The notes: generated by a model not told the origin, from the letters alone. Shown: positions 10,582-21,482, numbered from the stretch's first letter. The stretch: 64,000 bases of DNA from an uncultured cyanobacterium (GCA_963766075.1 CAVYAN010000048.1:1-64000); one strand, 5' to 3'. A program made the numbers and translations.

Positions 10582-11202
10582 CTACTGCACACGTAACTCT
10601 GAATCCTCGAACTTGAAGCTAAAGCCTCCCACCATGTAGCGATCGCCGCCTCGGCCTATGGTGCCAGATTTAGGAACAACCAATTTAATCACCCCTTTTC
10701 GGAGAGTGTACGGGTTGGCATCGTTTGCCCGAAATGTTCGCATGTCTCTGCCACTGGGCAATACCGCGTCAATAATTGTGATCTCGGTTTTGCTGGATAA
10801 ATCAGCCCCCGTGGTCGATTCGCTAATCTCTTCTACTGCATAAAACAAGCCTGATCGCTGGTCAGTGATTGTAATTTCCAGCTCCAGTTGGTATGACTTC
10901 ATGCGGAAAGACCGCCGGAAAAATGAGCGGTTGTAGGCAGGTTCACCACTGGGAAAAATCAGGTTTGGCTGATAATTGCTGCGATCGCACGGCAGGCGTA
11001 GGAATAATTCCGGACTGGTTGTGGTGATAATCTCAAAATCCCGCTCCAGCAAGCCGTAATTCGCCTGCAAGGCAGCCATAAGCTGCTCAGGCGTTGTTGA
11101 CTCCACCCCCGAGAAGCCTGAGCGGAACAGGGTTTTGCAGGGGATGTAAATGGCCTGCACCAGTTGATGTTTTGTTCCCAGATTAATTGGAGTGCAAACC
11201 AT
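10582..11202 (-). CDS. Putative distal tail protein
   Basis: 206 aa, close downstream of the tape measure; assignment by position only. Confidence 0.5.
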   Translation of the reverse strand: MVCTPINLGTKHQLVQAIYIPCKTLFRSGFSGVESTTPEQLMAALQANYGLLERDFEIITTTSPELFLRLPCDRSNYQPNLIFPSGEPAYNRSFFRRSFRMKSYQLELEITITDQRSGLFYAVEEISESTTGADLSSKTEITIIDAVLPSGRDMRTFRANDANPYTLRKGVIKLVVPKSGTIGRGGDRYMVGGFSFKFEDSELRVQ

Positions 11203-11428
11203 TTTGGGCCTTTAGGAGTTCAGAGCGTAAGCAGGCTTCAATTTCCAGCAGTGTGACATTGTGAAAATTGGCAATATCAGAGATCGTGCGACCGACTAAA
11301 AACTGTTTGAAAACGAACAGCGGATCAAAATGCGGGCTATCAGAGCGTTTTTTGGTTGAGGAGTCCATAAGTAATTGGTTCCTGAATCTAAAAAAGAAGC
11401 TATCCCGAGAGATAGCTCTAACAAACAA
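11183..11428 (-). CDS. Small HTH-like (DUF433-like) protein
   Basis: GRTISDIANFHNVTLLEIEACLR; start may be the internal MDSSTKK. Confidence 0.45.
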   Translation of the reverse strand: MFVRAISRDSFFFRFRNQLLMDSSTKKRSDSPHFDPLFVFKQFLVGRTISDIANFHNVTLLEIEACLRSELLKAQNGLHSN

Positions 11429-11457
11429 GGAGACGCTTTCAAGGTTCCCCGAACGCG

Positions 11458-14400
11458 CTAGCTTCCAACAAATTGCCGCCGCCGCGCTCCGCTGGCCACC
11501 TCATACATCGCATTCAGCACTTCCTGCTTCACATTGGTGCCGCTGCCAGATTTTCCATCCTGGAAGTACTGATTAATCGTCGCCTCCAACTTGGCACTAT
11601 CCCCAATTTTGGTGGCGGCGGTACGCACTTCCGTACCCAGCCCCTGGAATCCCTGGTTCACCATGGCCAAGAACTGCGAAATCAGTCCGGAGAGCTGCTG
11701 CACCCCACCGTCAACCCCTGCTCCACCCAAGGGCGGGGATTGATTGAATGTGGGCGCTGCGGGGACTAAAGAAGGAGACGTTAGACCTCCTTGTGGGAGC
11801 GGCTTTCCGGATGTTTCTCTAGAGGGTACCCCTGGCGAGCTACCACCCTCTAGAGAAACCCCTGTATTGCCCGCTTGGCGGGACTGTAAGAACTCCTTCA
11901 ACGTAGGCGTCTGCACCCGACCTTCCGGCGATCGCGCTGCGGCGTTGGCGGCGCTGACTCCGGCTTCAGCCTTCGCCGTCACCTCCCGGCGTAGCAGCTC
12001 ATCATCGGCCTTGCTCTTGGTTTTGCCGACATAATCAGCCCGCGCCTGATCGCGCTCCAAGTCCTGCTTGTAGGCCAGCTCTTGCAGGCGTGACCGGCGC
12101 TCCTGTGCTTGCCTCTGCCCAGTAGCATCGAGGACGACCCCTCGATAGTCCAGCACATCGGACTTAGAGCGGCTATTGCTCAGGGCGAGTTCTGCGGCCT
12201 TCACCCCCAACTGCTTGGCTGCTACCTCCTCCGGCTTAGCCTTGGGATCTGCCAGGGTTTTAGCTAGGTCAGCCCTTCTCTCCAGTACGGCCACCTCTTT
12301 GTCGGCAATCTCAGACTTTTGGTTGAGCTGGTCTAACCGAAGCTGAATTTTCTCGCGCTCCAACATCGCATCGTTTTTGTCCAGCTCGTTAATCACCGAT
12401 TGGCGCTCCAACTGCTGCTGGCGGCCAAGGAATTGCAGTCGGGCTAGAGCTGCGGCTTCCTCAAGTTTGGCCTTCTTCTGGGCGTTGCTGGTCAGGCTGA
12501 TCGCCAGGGCGTATTCCCCAGCAGCGTAGTCCTGAAGTGCCTTCTCTAGGGACTTCCGTGTCTCCAAAATTTTGTTCTGGAATTCCATGGAGGCGACGAT
12601 CGCATCTTGCAGATCCAGCACGCGGCTTTCAGCATTCCGGCGCTGTTCCAACTCCAGTTTGTAAGCTTCGCTGGCGTTCTTCTGCCGCTGCAAGACCTTT
12701 TCAATCTCGGCTTGCAGCATAGCAGTATGAGCTTTCTGCAAGCGCTCTTCACCTTCCAGGATTGATTTCACGGTGCTGGCCGTCTTCATCCGAGCATCCC
12801 GGATTTTGGCTTGCCGTCCTTCCTCTTTGATCGGATCGGAGTACTTGGGCAATTTCTCCAGATTGGCTTGATACTCCCGCTCTGCGTTCAACTGCGCCTT
12901 GAGTTGAGCCTGAGAGGATTCCGCCCGCAGCTCATCTGCCTTTTCCTGGGTGATTTGATTTTTGTTCAGTAATTCCTGAGTTTTGGTATCCCGCTCAATT
13001 GCACTTGCCGCCGCCAAATCCAGAGCTTTTTTCTGAGCGCGATCAAGAATGGCGAGCTGCCGTTCCTGGAATTTTTCCTGGGCGGCGATGCGCTTAGTCT
13101 GGATATTGGCTTCCTGGGCTGCCAGTTTTTGCAGTCCGGCTTTGTCGGTGGATGCCAACAGCGATCGCTGCCGTTCGATCTCCGCCATCTCAAGGTCTAA
13201 GCGCTTGTTGGTATTGTCCAGGGCGTTTTGGGCGTACTCGGCTTCGTTGAGCTGCCCCTGAGCCAGCTTGGCATCGTCCAACTTCTGAAGCTCATCAGCG
13301 CTGCGTAGCGACTGCTCATACTCCTGCTTCTGCCCCTCGCGTTCCAGCTTGGCCTTCTCCTCATTGGTTTTGGCGACTTGTAGCTCGGCCTTCCGATCCG
13401 ACTCCTTCTGGGCTGCCGCTTTCTGCTCTAAAAACTGCCCTTCCTGCGCCCGAACCCCGTCCAAGTTACTCTTGGCCAGGGCGATCGCTTTCTCATCCGG
13501 CGCAGAGGCAACGGTGAGGTTGGTGCTCTTCACTTTCTTCAGCTTTTCATCGGTAGCACCCAGTTCTACTTGGAGCTGCTTAGCCTGGGCCTCCATGTCC
13601 GCTAGCTTGGACTGGGCGATTTCCGCTTCAGGGCCACTGCCTTTGGCCTTCTCCTTCAGTGCCTCCACTTCGGCGTAGAAGCTGTTCAGCATGGGCACGA
13701 TTTGGTCACGCCGCTCCTGAAGAGCGTCTACCTGCCGTTCGGTCGCAGCCTTGTAGCCCTCGGCATCGCCGGAAGCAGCGGCTAAAGCGGCTTCGGCTTC
13801 GGCTTTGTCAGCAGCAAGGGCTTTGGCCTGATCGTCAAATGCCTTGTTCCGTAGCTCGTCTTCCTTGGCCTTGGCATCACGAGCCGCCTGCACCCGCGTT
13901 TCAAGTTCAGCCAGCTTGGCCTCGGTAATGGCACGCTCGCCCTCGATCTGGCTAACCTTGCCACCTTCAACCAATGCCTGAGTCTTGCTAATTTGCAGCT
14001 CAACGGCTTCCTTCCGCTTGTCGGCCTCCTGCTTCATCACCTCGGTGATTGCCTGCTGGGCCTTAATCTGCGTCTCTTTGTCGAGGTTGGCATTGGTGGC
14101 CAAAAGCTCCAGGTTGGCGATCGCCTGCTCGCCGGTGATCATGCCCGCCTTGAGTAGCTCCTGCGAACCCTCAATCAGCTTGCCCGCCTGCTCTTTGTAC
14201 TTGTCAGCCTCACCACTGGGGGACCGGATGGCATTCAGAGCGGTATTCACCTGGCTGGCGTACTGCTCGTAAGCCGTCCCCAACCGTGGCAAGTCCTTGG
14301 CGGCAACCTGCACGCTGGCAGCTTGCTCCTCAAGGGCTTTCTTGCGGGCCTCAATGTCCTTGATCTGCTGGCCGATATTGTTCTTGTTCTCTTCCCCAAC

Positions 14401-17400
14401 GGCCTCTTTCTGCCGCTCTTTCAACTGAGCAATGTAGTCGGTCAGGTTCTTTGCTTCGTTCAGCGCCTGGGTCTGGAGACGCTTGTTAGTGGCATATTCC
14501 TCTTCGCTCAAGCGGATCCCATTTTTGGTTTTCTCAGCTTGAGCAGCGCCCGCCGATTTTAGGCGCTGTTGCAGTTGCAGAGCGTTCTGCGACAAGCCCG
14601 CAGTCTTCTCTGACAAAAGCTCCGTGGCTTCATTAGAATCCTTGAGCTGTAGGGAGTAAAGACCAATGCCGATGGTGGCGACAATCGCGGCCAGTCCGGC
14701 CAACACCCCCGCAAAGATGGCCACTGGGGCGATCGCTCCAGCCACGGCAATGCCCAGAGCGCCAACCCCCGTGGCCGCGCCCGCCGAAGCGGTGCCCATG
14801 GCGGCAGTGGCCCCAGCGCCCGCTAGCATCCCCTTCACCAGGGCCACCCCTGATGTGACAGCCAGTTTTGCTTTGGCAATGGTCAGAGCACCTACAGCGG
14901 TCACCTGTGCCCAGATGGTGGCCAGGTTGATTTGCCCTGCGGCGATCGCCTTGACCGTGGCGGCCACCATTTGAACGCCGGTCACCACCACATCCTTAGC
15001 CTTGGCTAAAAGCAGAGCGGTTCGAGCGGCGATCTCTTCGTAGATGGCGGCCAAACTTAGCCTATTGGCGGCGATCGCCTTGGCCGTGGCGGCCACCAGT
15101 TCAACGCCGGTCATGACAGCATCTCGCCCTTTTTGCAGCGTCAGGGCGGCGCGGGCGGCTAGCTCCTGGGCCATGGCGACAATGTTTGCCCGAGTTAGGC
15201 CAATCTCAGCCAACTTGGCCTGCACCAGAGTCACACCCGACATCACAGCGTCTTTGATTTGCTCTGCCCGCCGCTGGAGGCTCATCTGAATTTCTTTGAC
15301 TTCCAAAGCGAGTTTCTGCACCAGGGTTTGATTCCCCAGTTGATTGGCGGCAACCACGCCAAGCTGGCTCCGCACCAGCAGGCCATTGGCCAATCCCGCT
15401 TCAATTGCTGCATCTTTCTGTCCGGTCAGCAGCAGTTTCAGGGTTGCAAATGCCCCGCCCGCATCGGTTACGGACTTGGCCAGCCCAACCAACTGCAACT
15501 GGTTTAGGATGACCGCCAATCCGGCAATCTTTTCACCCGCTGCTACCAATCCCACAATGGCGGCGGTGGCCAGGAAAACTGGGCTGGTGAGGAAGTCGTT
15601 AATCGTCTCCCCAGCCGTCTTCACCGATTTTGTGGTGGAGTTGGCCACGCCGATCAGCGAGCCCAGCCCGCCCAGCAGCCCCCCAATTCCGTTAATCACC
15701 CCGGCGATCGACTCGGTAACAATGGTCAGGATGGAGCCAAGCCCCTTAAAGGTGGCCATGACAATCTGCTGAAAGGCTTCGTTTTTGAGGATGTACCGAT
15801 CAAAAACTTGCAGTCCGACATACATTGCCGCGCCGATCGCGCCGAATTTAAGGGCCGTTTTGCCGATCTGCTCCCCTACTTTCCGGGTCGCTTCGTTGAA
15901 CTTGTTAGTCGCAAACTCCATTGCTAGGGTTCTGGTGGAAAGCAGCGTGAACCTAGTCGCCACATCCTCAATCTTCTCTCCCATTCCTGGCAGGTAGTTG
16001 TCCACCAACGGCGCTATCTTTTTAGCCAGTCCAATGAGCGGCCCAAGACTGGCCAGTGGCCCCGGTAATTTCAGCAGTTGCCCCGCTAGCACTTGCAATC
16101 CCCGCCCGAGCTGCGGGTAGGCTTTGTTGATGCCGACAAGCTGGATTAAAAACCCTGCGACGGCGGGCGTTGCAGCCGCGATCGCTGTCCCAAAAATTGG
16201 AATCTGCTTGCTGATGAATCCCGCAGCCCCAGGGATTAGAGACAGGTTTTTACCCAGAGTGAGGAAGCCCGCAGCTCCCATCTGTACCTGGCTGTTTAAC
16301 CCAAGGAATGTCTTGACCATCGGACTCATACGCCCAGTCAGGAAGAACATTAAATCGCCAACGATGGGCAAGCTGGTAGCCAGTGTCCCGAAACTTGTTG
16401 ACAGTCCTGTAACGCCAAATTGAACCGTCTTAGCCAGTAAGAACATCTTCAAAAATGGCCCGCCCATGGCGCTAACGGACCCTGCAAGATTGGTGATGAC
16501 CGTGATGAGTGGCTGAACAATCGGGATGAACGTTTGAACGGCTTCCGCCGCTGCCACCAAAAAGTTGCTTAACGAGTCTGCGAGGTAAGGCAGAATTTCA
16601 GCGAGAGTGCCTTGAGTTGCCTGGAACACAGCGCCAATGGCATCCGCCGCTGCCTGTGCGCCTACAAGCAGACTGCTAACAATCCCCGAAACAAAGTCTG
16701 CAATCTCCTGTTTGTTAGCCTTGATGTACTCATAGACAGTGTTTAATTGCTCTACAACGGGCTGTAGAAGCTGCTCGCCCGCCAGTCTGGCAATCTCGTC
16801 AATGACTTCTTGAATGTTGCTGGTCACGCCGTTAATTGTTTGGGCAGCCAAAGCGTTACCAGCCCTGAAAGCAGCCATCCGAGCGGTCAGATTTTCAAAC
16901 AGTTTCCCCTGTGTTTTCCATATCCCAACCTGCTCATTGGTAATCCCAAGAGACTTGGCTAGGACACTGTTCATGTCTATAGTCTGCGTGAGAATTGAAC
17001 TAATTTCTTGTCGCGACTGGAAAATAGGAATTTGCAGGGTGCCCATGGTGGCCGCGAAGGTCGCGGTTAGGTCGCTCGCCTGTGACATATTGATGCCGAT
17101 TTGCGAAGCGAAGCCAGACACCAACTGGAACACGGGAACCAGCTCTTTCGACGTGACGCCAACTAAGTCCAGTGAGGTTTCCCGCAGTCTGGCGATCGCG
17201 GCGTTAATCGGGCCTGTCAAGGCGGTGATTGCCTGCGTGGGATCTTTGATTTCAGCGCCATTTTCAAGAACTTTGTTAGTTGCGACCAGCGTGGCTCTGG
17301 TGGCAAGCAACTGTTCCTGAAGCTCCACGTTTTGGCCAATCAGCATCCTGAATGGCCCTTCGGAAACCAATTGCCGAATAGCTTCAAACCCTTGAGAGAA

Positions 17401-19212
17401 GTGGCCAATCTCCTGGGTTAGTCTAAACACCCCTTCCGACGCCGCGCCTACCCCTGCGCTTAGGTGCCCAAAGACTTCTAGGGGTTCCCCAAAGCCAGCA
17501 ATCCCGCCCGTGATGCTCCCGATCCCTTCGGCTATGCCTGCGATCCGCTTAGGGATTTTTTCGGCTTTTTCGACAATCTTGGTTAGAGCGGAATCGACCA
17601 GATTCAGCATCACTCCAAACTGGGGACCAATCTCTGAAAATCGAATGCCTAAAATCTTGGCGGTTTCAGCTCCCGCTTTCTTAATACCTTCAAATCCAGG
17701 GATAACCCGAGAGATTGCACCCGAGATGGTTCTACCAAGGGATGAGAATTGGATTCCCAACTCTTGAGTAAGCCCAGCGGCGAACTGCTTCACCTTGTCA
17801 TATCCGGGGATGATTTTCTTAAGCAGATCGTCATCAAGCTTGAATTTTTTTACTTCAATCGCAATGCTTGAAAGAAACTCTGAAATGCCAGACTCTTTTG
17901 CGAACCTGTTGACGCCGGAAGCGATCGTAGCTCCAACTTTGGCAAAATCAATGCCAAACTGCTTGCCAAATTCCGTAATCGACTTCTTAGCTTTGTTTAA
18001 GGACTTCTCGTCAAACGGAAGTCTTATCTCAGGAAACGAAGTCCTTTCAAGTAATTCAGAAATCTTTTTCTTAAGCCCTAAAACGTCAGCAACGTCAATG
18101 GCTTTTTCAATTTTTTCGGATAATGGGCTTAAGTCAATTGAGGCAATGCTTGCACCAATCCGCCTACCTAAAGCTTTGTAATCAATATTTTCCAGGGCTT
18201 TTCCAAGAACTTTGGTGACAGCGGAAAATTCCAGCCCAATTGAATCAGCGACTGACTTAATGAAGGCTTTTAGCCGTGCAAATCCTGGTATTGAATTCTC
18301 TAAAATGCCTTCGCCAAGGTCAAATCCTACTAAGGATCCAAACAGGTTTTCTGCATTGAGAGCGCCAAGCTGATTTTTGAGTACTTCGAGAGCTATGCTA
18401 CCGCTTGCATTGTCAACCGACTTTATGGTTCGGGAAAAAGCAGTCCCAAAAATTGAAAGGTCGATTCCTACCTTTTTTGATAATTCCTGGATTTTTTCCA
18501 AAGTGCCGATCATGGGTACAGCACTTTTTATTGACGTATCTAGCCCTGAGTTCAGAGCCGCTTTTATTTGATCGCCAACTGTTTCAAGGTCAATGCCCAG
18601 CGTTTTGGCGACAGTAGTGCCAACGTCTAGAAGGCGCTCAAACCCTGGTATCCCTGTCAAGCCCAAGTCTTTCAGGGCTATAGCAACCTTCCCAAAGTCA
18701 ATGCCAAGCAGGTTAGCGGTTTTGCTTCCTTCCTTTCTAATCTCAGGCATTGCTGATACGGCACCTTTTGCAAGGTTGCCGCCGATGACCTGAAAACTTG
18801 AAAGCAGATCCGTCAAGCTGCCGTCCAACTCCAGCACCGTCTTGTCAGCGTCAGCCAAAATCTCTGAAAATATGCTTTGAAGCGCTGGATTTTGCCGAAT
18901 AAACCCGATCGCTTCGTTGACACCTCGGAAACCCTCAAATATGGTTCCGAAAAGGTTGAGAAACGACTGTCCGATCACGCCTACGATGGGTGGCAAGGCT
19001 ACCAGCGAGGCTCCAAGTTGCGCTGTTACTGCGATCGCCGGTTGCAGTGATTGCACAAAAGCCGTACCCAATTCAACGCCACTTTTGGCAGCGGCGTTGG
19101 CGGATTTTTTAATATTGTCGATTAGCTCAATGACGGGCTTAACCTCTTTGGAAGCCTGGTCAGAAGCGCTAATGACAAACTGTAAAACGTTGCTTCCGGC
19201 CTGAGAACTCAT
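11458..19212 (-). CDS. Tail tape measure protein
   Basis: 2584 aa, N-terminal LQFVISASDQAS, Ala/Gly-rich helices, hydrophobic stretches, long coiled coil, 43-aa internal repeats near 14900-15330. Confidence 0.85.
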   Translation of the reverse strand: MSSQAGSNVLQFVISASDQASKEVKPVIELIDNIKKSANAAAKSGVELGTAFVQSLQPAIAVTAQLGASLVALPPIVGVIGQSFLNLFGTIFEGFRGVNEAIGFIRQNPALQSIFSEILADADKTVLELDGSLTDLLSSFQVIGGNLAKGAVSAMPEIRKEGSKTANLLGIDFGKVAIALKDLGLTGIPGFERLLDVGTTVAKTLGIDLETVGDQIKAALNSGLDTSIKSAVPMIGTLEKIQELSKKVGIDLSIFGTAFSRTIKSVDNASGSIALEVLKNQLGALNAENLFGSLVGFDLGEGILENSIPGFARLKAFIKSVADSIGLEFSAVTKVLGKALENIDYKALGRRIGASIASIDLSPLSEKIEKAIDVADVLGLKKKISELLERTSFPEIRLPFDEKSLNKAKKSITEFGKQFGIDFAKVGATIASGVNRFAKESGISEFLSSIAIEVKKFKLDDDLLKKIIPGYDKVKQFAAGLTQELGIQFSSLGRTISGAISRVIPGFEGIKKAGAETAKILGIRFSEIGPQFGVMLNLVDSALTKIVEKAEKIPKRIAGIAEGIGSITGGIAGFGEPLEVFGHLSAGVGAASEGVFRLTQEIGHFSQGFEAIRQLVSEGPFRMLIGQNVELQEQLLATRATLVATNKVLENGAEIKDPTQAITALTGPINAAIARLRETSLDLVGVTSKELVPVFQLVSGFASQIGINMSQASDLTATFAATMGTLQIPIFQSRQEISSILTQTIDMNSVLAKSLGITNEQVGIWKTQGKLFENLTARMAAFRAGNALAAQTINGVTSNIQEVIDEIARLAGEQLLQPVVEQLNTVYEYIKANKQEIADFVSGIVSSLLVGAQAAADAIGAVFQATQGTLAEILPYLADSLSNFLVAAAEAVQTFIPIVQPLITVITNLAGSVSAMGGPFLKMFLLAKTVQFGVTGLSTSFGTLATSLPIVGDLMFFLTGRMSPMVKTFLGLNSQVQMGAAGFLTLGKNLSLIPGAAGFISKQIPIFGTAIAAATPAVAGFLIQLVGINKAYPQLGRGLQVLAGQLLKLPGPLASLGPLIGLAKKIAPLVDNYLPGMGEKIEDVATRFTLLSTRTLAMEFATNKFNEATRKVGEQIGKTALKFGAIGAAMYVGLQVFDRYILKNEAFQQIVMATFKGLGSILTIVTESIAGVINGIGGLLGGLGSLIGVANSTTKSVKTAGETINDFLTSPVFLATAAIVGLVAAGEKIAGLAVILNQLQLVGLAKSVTDAGGAFATLKLLLTGQKDAAIEAGLANGLLVRSQLGVVAANQLGNQTLVQKLALEVKEIQMSLQRRAEQIKDAVMSGVTLVQAKLAEIGLTRANIVAMAQELAARAALTLQKGRDAVMTGVELVAATAKAIAANRLSLAAIYEEIAARTALLLAKAKDVVVTGVQMVAATVKAIAAGQINLATIWAQVTAVGALTIAKAKLAVTSGVALVKGMLAGAGATAAMGTASAGAATGVGALGIAVAGAIAPVAIFAGVLAGLAAIVATIGIGLYSLQLKDSNEATELLSEKTAGLSQNALQLQQRLKSAGAAQAEKTKNGIRLSEEEYATNKRLQTQALNEAKNLTDYIAQLKERQKEAVGEENKNNIGQQIKDIEARKKALEEQAASVQVAAKDLPRLGTAYEQYASQVNTALNAIRSPSGEADKYKEQAGKLIEGSQELLKAGMITGEQAIANLELLATNANLDKETQIKAQQAITEVMKQEADKRKEAVELQISKTQALVEGGKVSQIEGERAITEAKLAELETRVQAARDAKAKEDELRNKAFDDQAKALAADKAEAEAALAAASGDAEGYKAATERQVDALQERRDQIVPMLNSFYAEVEALKEKAKGSGPEAEIAQSKLADMEAQAKQLQVELGATDEKLKKVKSTNLTVASAPDEKAIALAKSNLDGVRAQEGQFLEQKAAAQKESDRKAELQVAKTNEEKAKLEREGQKQEYEQSLRSADELQKLDDAKLAQGQLNEAEYAQNALDNTNKRLDLEMAEIERQRSLLASTDKAGLQKLAAQEANIQTKRIAAQEKFQERQLAILDRAQKKALDLAAASAIERDTKTQELLNKNQITQEKADELRAESSQAQLKAQLNAEREYQANLEKLPKYSDPIKEEGRQAKIRDARMKTASTVKSILEGEERLQKAHTAMLQAEIEKVLQRQKNASEAYKLELEQRRNAESRVLDLQDAIVASMEFQNKILETRKSLEKALQDYAAGEYALAISLTSNAQKKAKLEEAAALARLQFLGRQQQLERQSVINELDKNDAMLEREKIQLRLDQLNQKSEIADKEVAVLERRADLAKTLADPKAKPEEVAAKQLGVKAAELALSNSRSKSDVLDYRGVVLDATGQRQAQERRSRLQELAYKQDLERDQARADYVGKTKSKADDELLRREVTAKAEAGVSAANAAARSPEGRVQTPTLKEFLQSRQAGNTGVSLEGGSSPGVPSRETSGKPLPQGGLTSPSLVPAAPTFNQSPPLGGAGVDGGVQQLSGLISQFLAMVNQGFQGLGTEVRTAATKIGDSAKLEATINQYFQDGKSGSGTNVKQEVLNAMYEVASGARRRQFVGS

Positions 19213-21401
19213 TATTCAGCACCTCTACTCAGGCGCTTCCGAGTCCGCTCAAACGAATCGTTATACCCATCACTTCTGCCACCCTCATTGGCCGGAGGCT
19301 TCGGCGGCGTGACCCGCTCGCCAATCCCTGCATCGCCACCCGTCTCGGGGGTTTTTGGCTTGCGCTTGCTTCGCGCCCGCGCCCGGTTGACCGTTTCTTT
19401 GGCCAAGTTCATGTTCTCCCGCTTGGCGCGGTTTGCTGGGGTGTTGGCGTTCTCTCTGCGCAGGGATTCAAGGTATTGGTAGACTGACCTGACTTGCTCA
19501 TCCTTCGGCAAGTCAGCAAACCAGGGCTGATTGACCGGATGGTCTTCATTGTTGGGATTGTGGCGAGGCGGGTTATTTTTGGCGTCGTAGTACCCAAAAA
19601 CACCTCTGATCACCTCTTTGGCGTGGGGGTCGGAGAGGTATGAGGATGCGTCTCCGGTTTTTACAGAGTTGATTTGATAGTTGTTGAGCTTGGGGAACAG
19701 GTTGAACGGATCGGTTCCTGTAGATAGGTTCAGGGTTTGTCCGTCATGGTCATTTTTGGTGCTGGTGACCTGCGAGTTCAAGCCAAAGTGAGGCGTGCCC
19801 AAGGTCAGAATTCTGAGGTTGGGGGCTAAGTCTTTGTTGCTCCGTTTGATGATTTCAGCCGCTTCATGCACCACCATGCCGCCGTCATGGTCCCCCAGCA
19901 AGTTGATCTGCTTATCTGGGTATCGTTTGCTGTAGGCCAGCACTTGGGCAGCCAGCTCGATCGCCTGGGGGTCACGCCCGCGAATCAGTTGATCGCCCAA
20001 GCGGTTGGCCGTGCTCCAGTAGGCTCCAAAAACCTCTGCGCCTTCTAATTTGCTGAATTTTTTGGCTGCCTCTGACTGCCCAGCAGCTCCAGCCTGCCCA
20101 GTAGTTCCAGCCTGCCCAGTAGTTCCAGCCTGCCCAGTAGTTCCAGCCTGCCCAGTAGTTCCAGCCTGCCCAGTAGTTCCAGCCTGCCCGGATTTGGCCT
20201 GCCCGGATTTGGCTTCTTCATCAGAATCCGCAGACCGGCTAAAAGCGTCGTTACCAACGTTGACTATGAAATGCTTATTAAAGAGCTTCGGATCCCCTTT
20301 TAGCGCCGAATCCTTCAGCTTCCCAGTGTTTTCAGCCCCGGCGCGATCCACCATGAACGTGATCACCTTCTTGGTGTCGGGCACGGTGGGGACGTTGACC
20401 CCAAGCGATCGCTGTCGGGCAACCTCGGCAGAGTTGGCCAGCTCCCCCTGATAGCGATCCTTCCCCTTGTTCCAGACTTCTAGGCCAACCTTCAGGAGCA
20501 TCGCCCCAGTAATGGCAGAGCCAGGGCCAAGCAGCTTTTTGAGCCCAAAGAAGCGCTTGAACTCATTGAACGGGTCAGCCTTCCGCTGTTTTTCCCGACT
20601 CTCGATCGCTTTGACAATTTTCCGCTGGTCCTCAGGCTCTTTGTCCCAGGACTGGATCATTGCCTTCAGCGTCTCCTTGTTCGTATGGCTGTAACCGGGC
20701 ACGCCACGCCGCTGCGCTTCGACCCGCAGTTCGCGGATGCTCATCTCATCCAAGGTCTTGGGCTTTGGCTTGGCAGGCTGTGTGGGAGGGGGTGCTGTAG
20801 CGGCCTCCCCTCCCGGCAATATCGTCCCGTCACCGGGTGGCGCGGCCTCTGCTGCGGCCACAACGAAGGGTGTTTCAGCACTGACGGCGCTTGAGAGTTT
20901 GCCCCCGCCCAGCCTCAGCAAGGTCTTGAATTCCTTCGGAGTTGCGATCGCCCGTTGGTTAATGCGGCAGACCTTCTTGTTGGTCAAACACATGCCACCG
21001 CAGCGGTAGGTAGTCACGCCGCCACACTTCGGCGGGCGAGCGTCGGTTCGAGCGGTCTTGACTAAGAAAATGCCTGGGTATTGCGCTTGCAGTAGGGCAT
21101 AGGCATCACTGTCTGAAAAAACCTCGGGCAATTCTAAAGCGTCTTCGGTCAGGGTTTTGCTCTTGCTGGCAGCGGGGCTGTAGGCCAAGTTCTTGTTCGA
21201 CAGGGTGAAGTTGAACAGGTTCCCCCCGTCTCGAAATCGGCCTGTTATTTTGCCTTCTGCAACCGTGACACCGTAAAACTGCTGGATGCCATCCTGGTAG
21301 GCCCGCTCTAGCACAATTTTAAGTAGTAGTAAAAAATTGCGCTTTTGCGCTGCCGGGGAGAGGGAAGAGGGTTGATCCATGCCTGTGTTTGCCATGTGCA
21401 A
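19212..21401 (-). CDS. RxD/C4-leader protein with Rho-N-like HeH and degenerate alpha/beta-hydrolase fold
   Basis: Shared N-domain, RTDARPPKC-x7-C-x3-C-x6-C, LDEMSIRELRVEAQRRGVPGYS, LLGDHDGG...LTLGTPHFG. Confidence 0.7.
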   Translation of the reverse strand: MHMANTGMDQPSSLSPAAQKRNFLLLLKIVLERAYQDGIQQFYGVTVAEGKITGRFRDGGNLFNFTLSNKNLAYSPAASKSKTLTEDALELPEVFSDSDAYALLQAQYPGIFLVKTARTDARPPKCGGVTTYRCGGMCLTNKKVCRINQRAIATPKEFKTLLRLGGGKLSSAVSAETPFVVAAAEAAPPGDGTILPGGEAATAPPPTQPAKPKPKTLDEMSIRELRVEAQRRGVPGYSHTNKETLKAMIQSWDKEPEDQRKIVKAIESREKQRKADPFNEFKRFFGLKKLLGPGSAITGAMLLKVGLEVWNKGKDRYQGELANSAEVARQRSLGVNVPTVPDTKKVITFMVDRAGAENTGKLKDSALKGDPKLFNKHFIVNVGNDAFSRSADSDEEAKSGQAKSGQAGTTGQAGTTGQAGTTGQAGTTGQAGTTGQAGAAGQSEAAKKFSKLEGAEVFGAYWSTANRLGDQLIRGRDPQAIELAAQVLAYSKRYPDKQINLLGDHDGGMVVHEAAEIIKRSNKDLAPNLRILTLGTPHFGLNSQVTSTKNDHDGQTLNLSTGTDPFNLFPKLNNYQINSVKTGDASSYLSDPHAKEVIRGVFGYYDAKNNPPRHNPNNEDHPVNQPWFADLPKDEQVRSVYQYLESLRRENANTPANRAKRENMNLAKETVNRARARSKRKPKTPETGGDAGIGERVTPPKPPANEGGRSDGYNDSFERTRKRLSRGAE
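20076..20213. repeat. 18-bp tandem repeat (CCAGCCTGCCCAGTAGTT) x5 plus degenerate flanks, encoding GQAGTT
   Basis: Read directly from the sequence. Confidence 0.95.
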
Positions 21402-21482
21402 GCGTCCAAGTTCTTCCTGTAGGGTTCCCAGAACTTAGTTTTAAGTTGGTTGTCGCAGATCCTGGCAAGGCTAATGTCTTTG

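Noticed and set aside
11473..19204. Many plus-strand ORFs antisense to the tape measure and other long genes
   Set aside because: Shadow ORFs from codon bias, with no motifs or independent signals.
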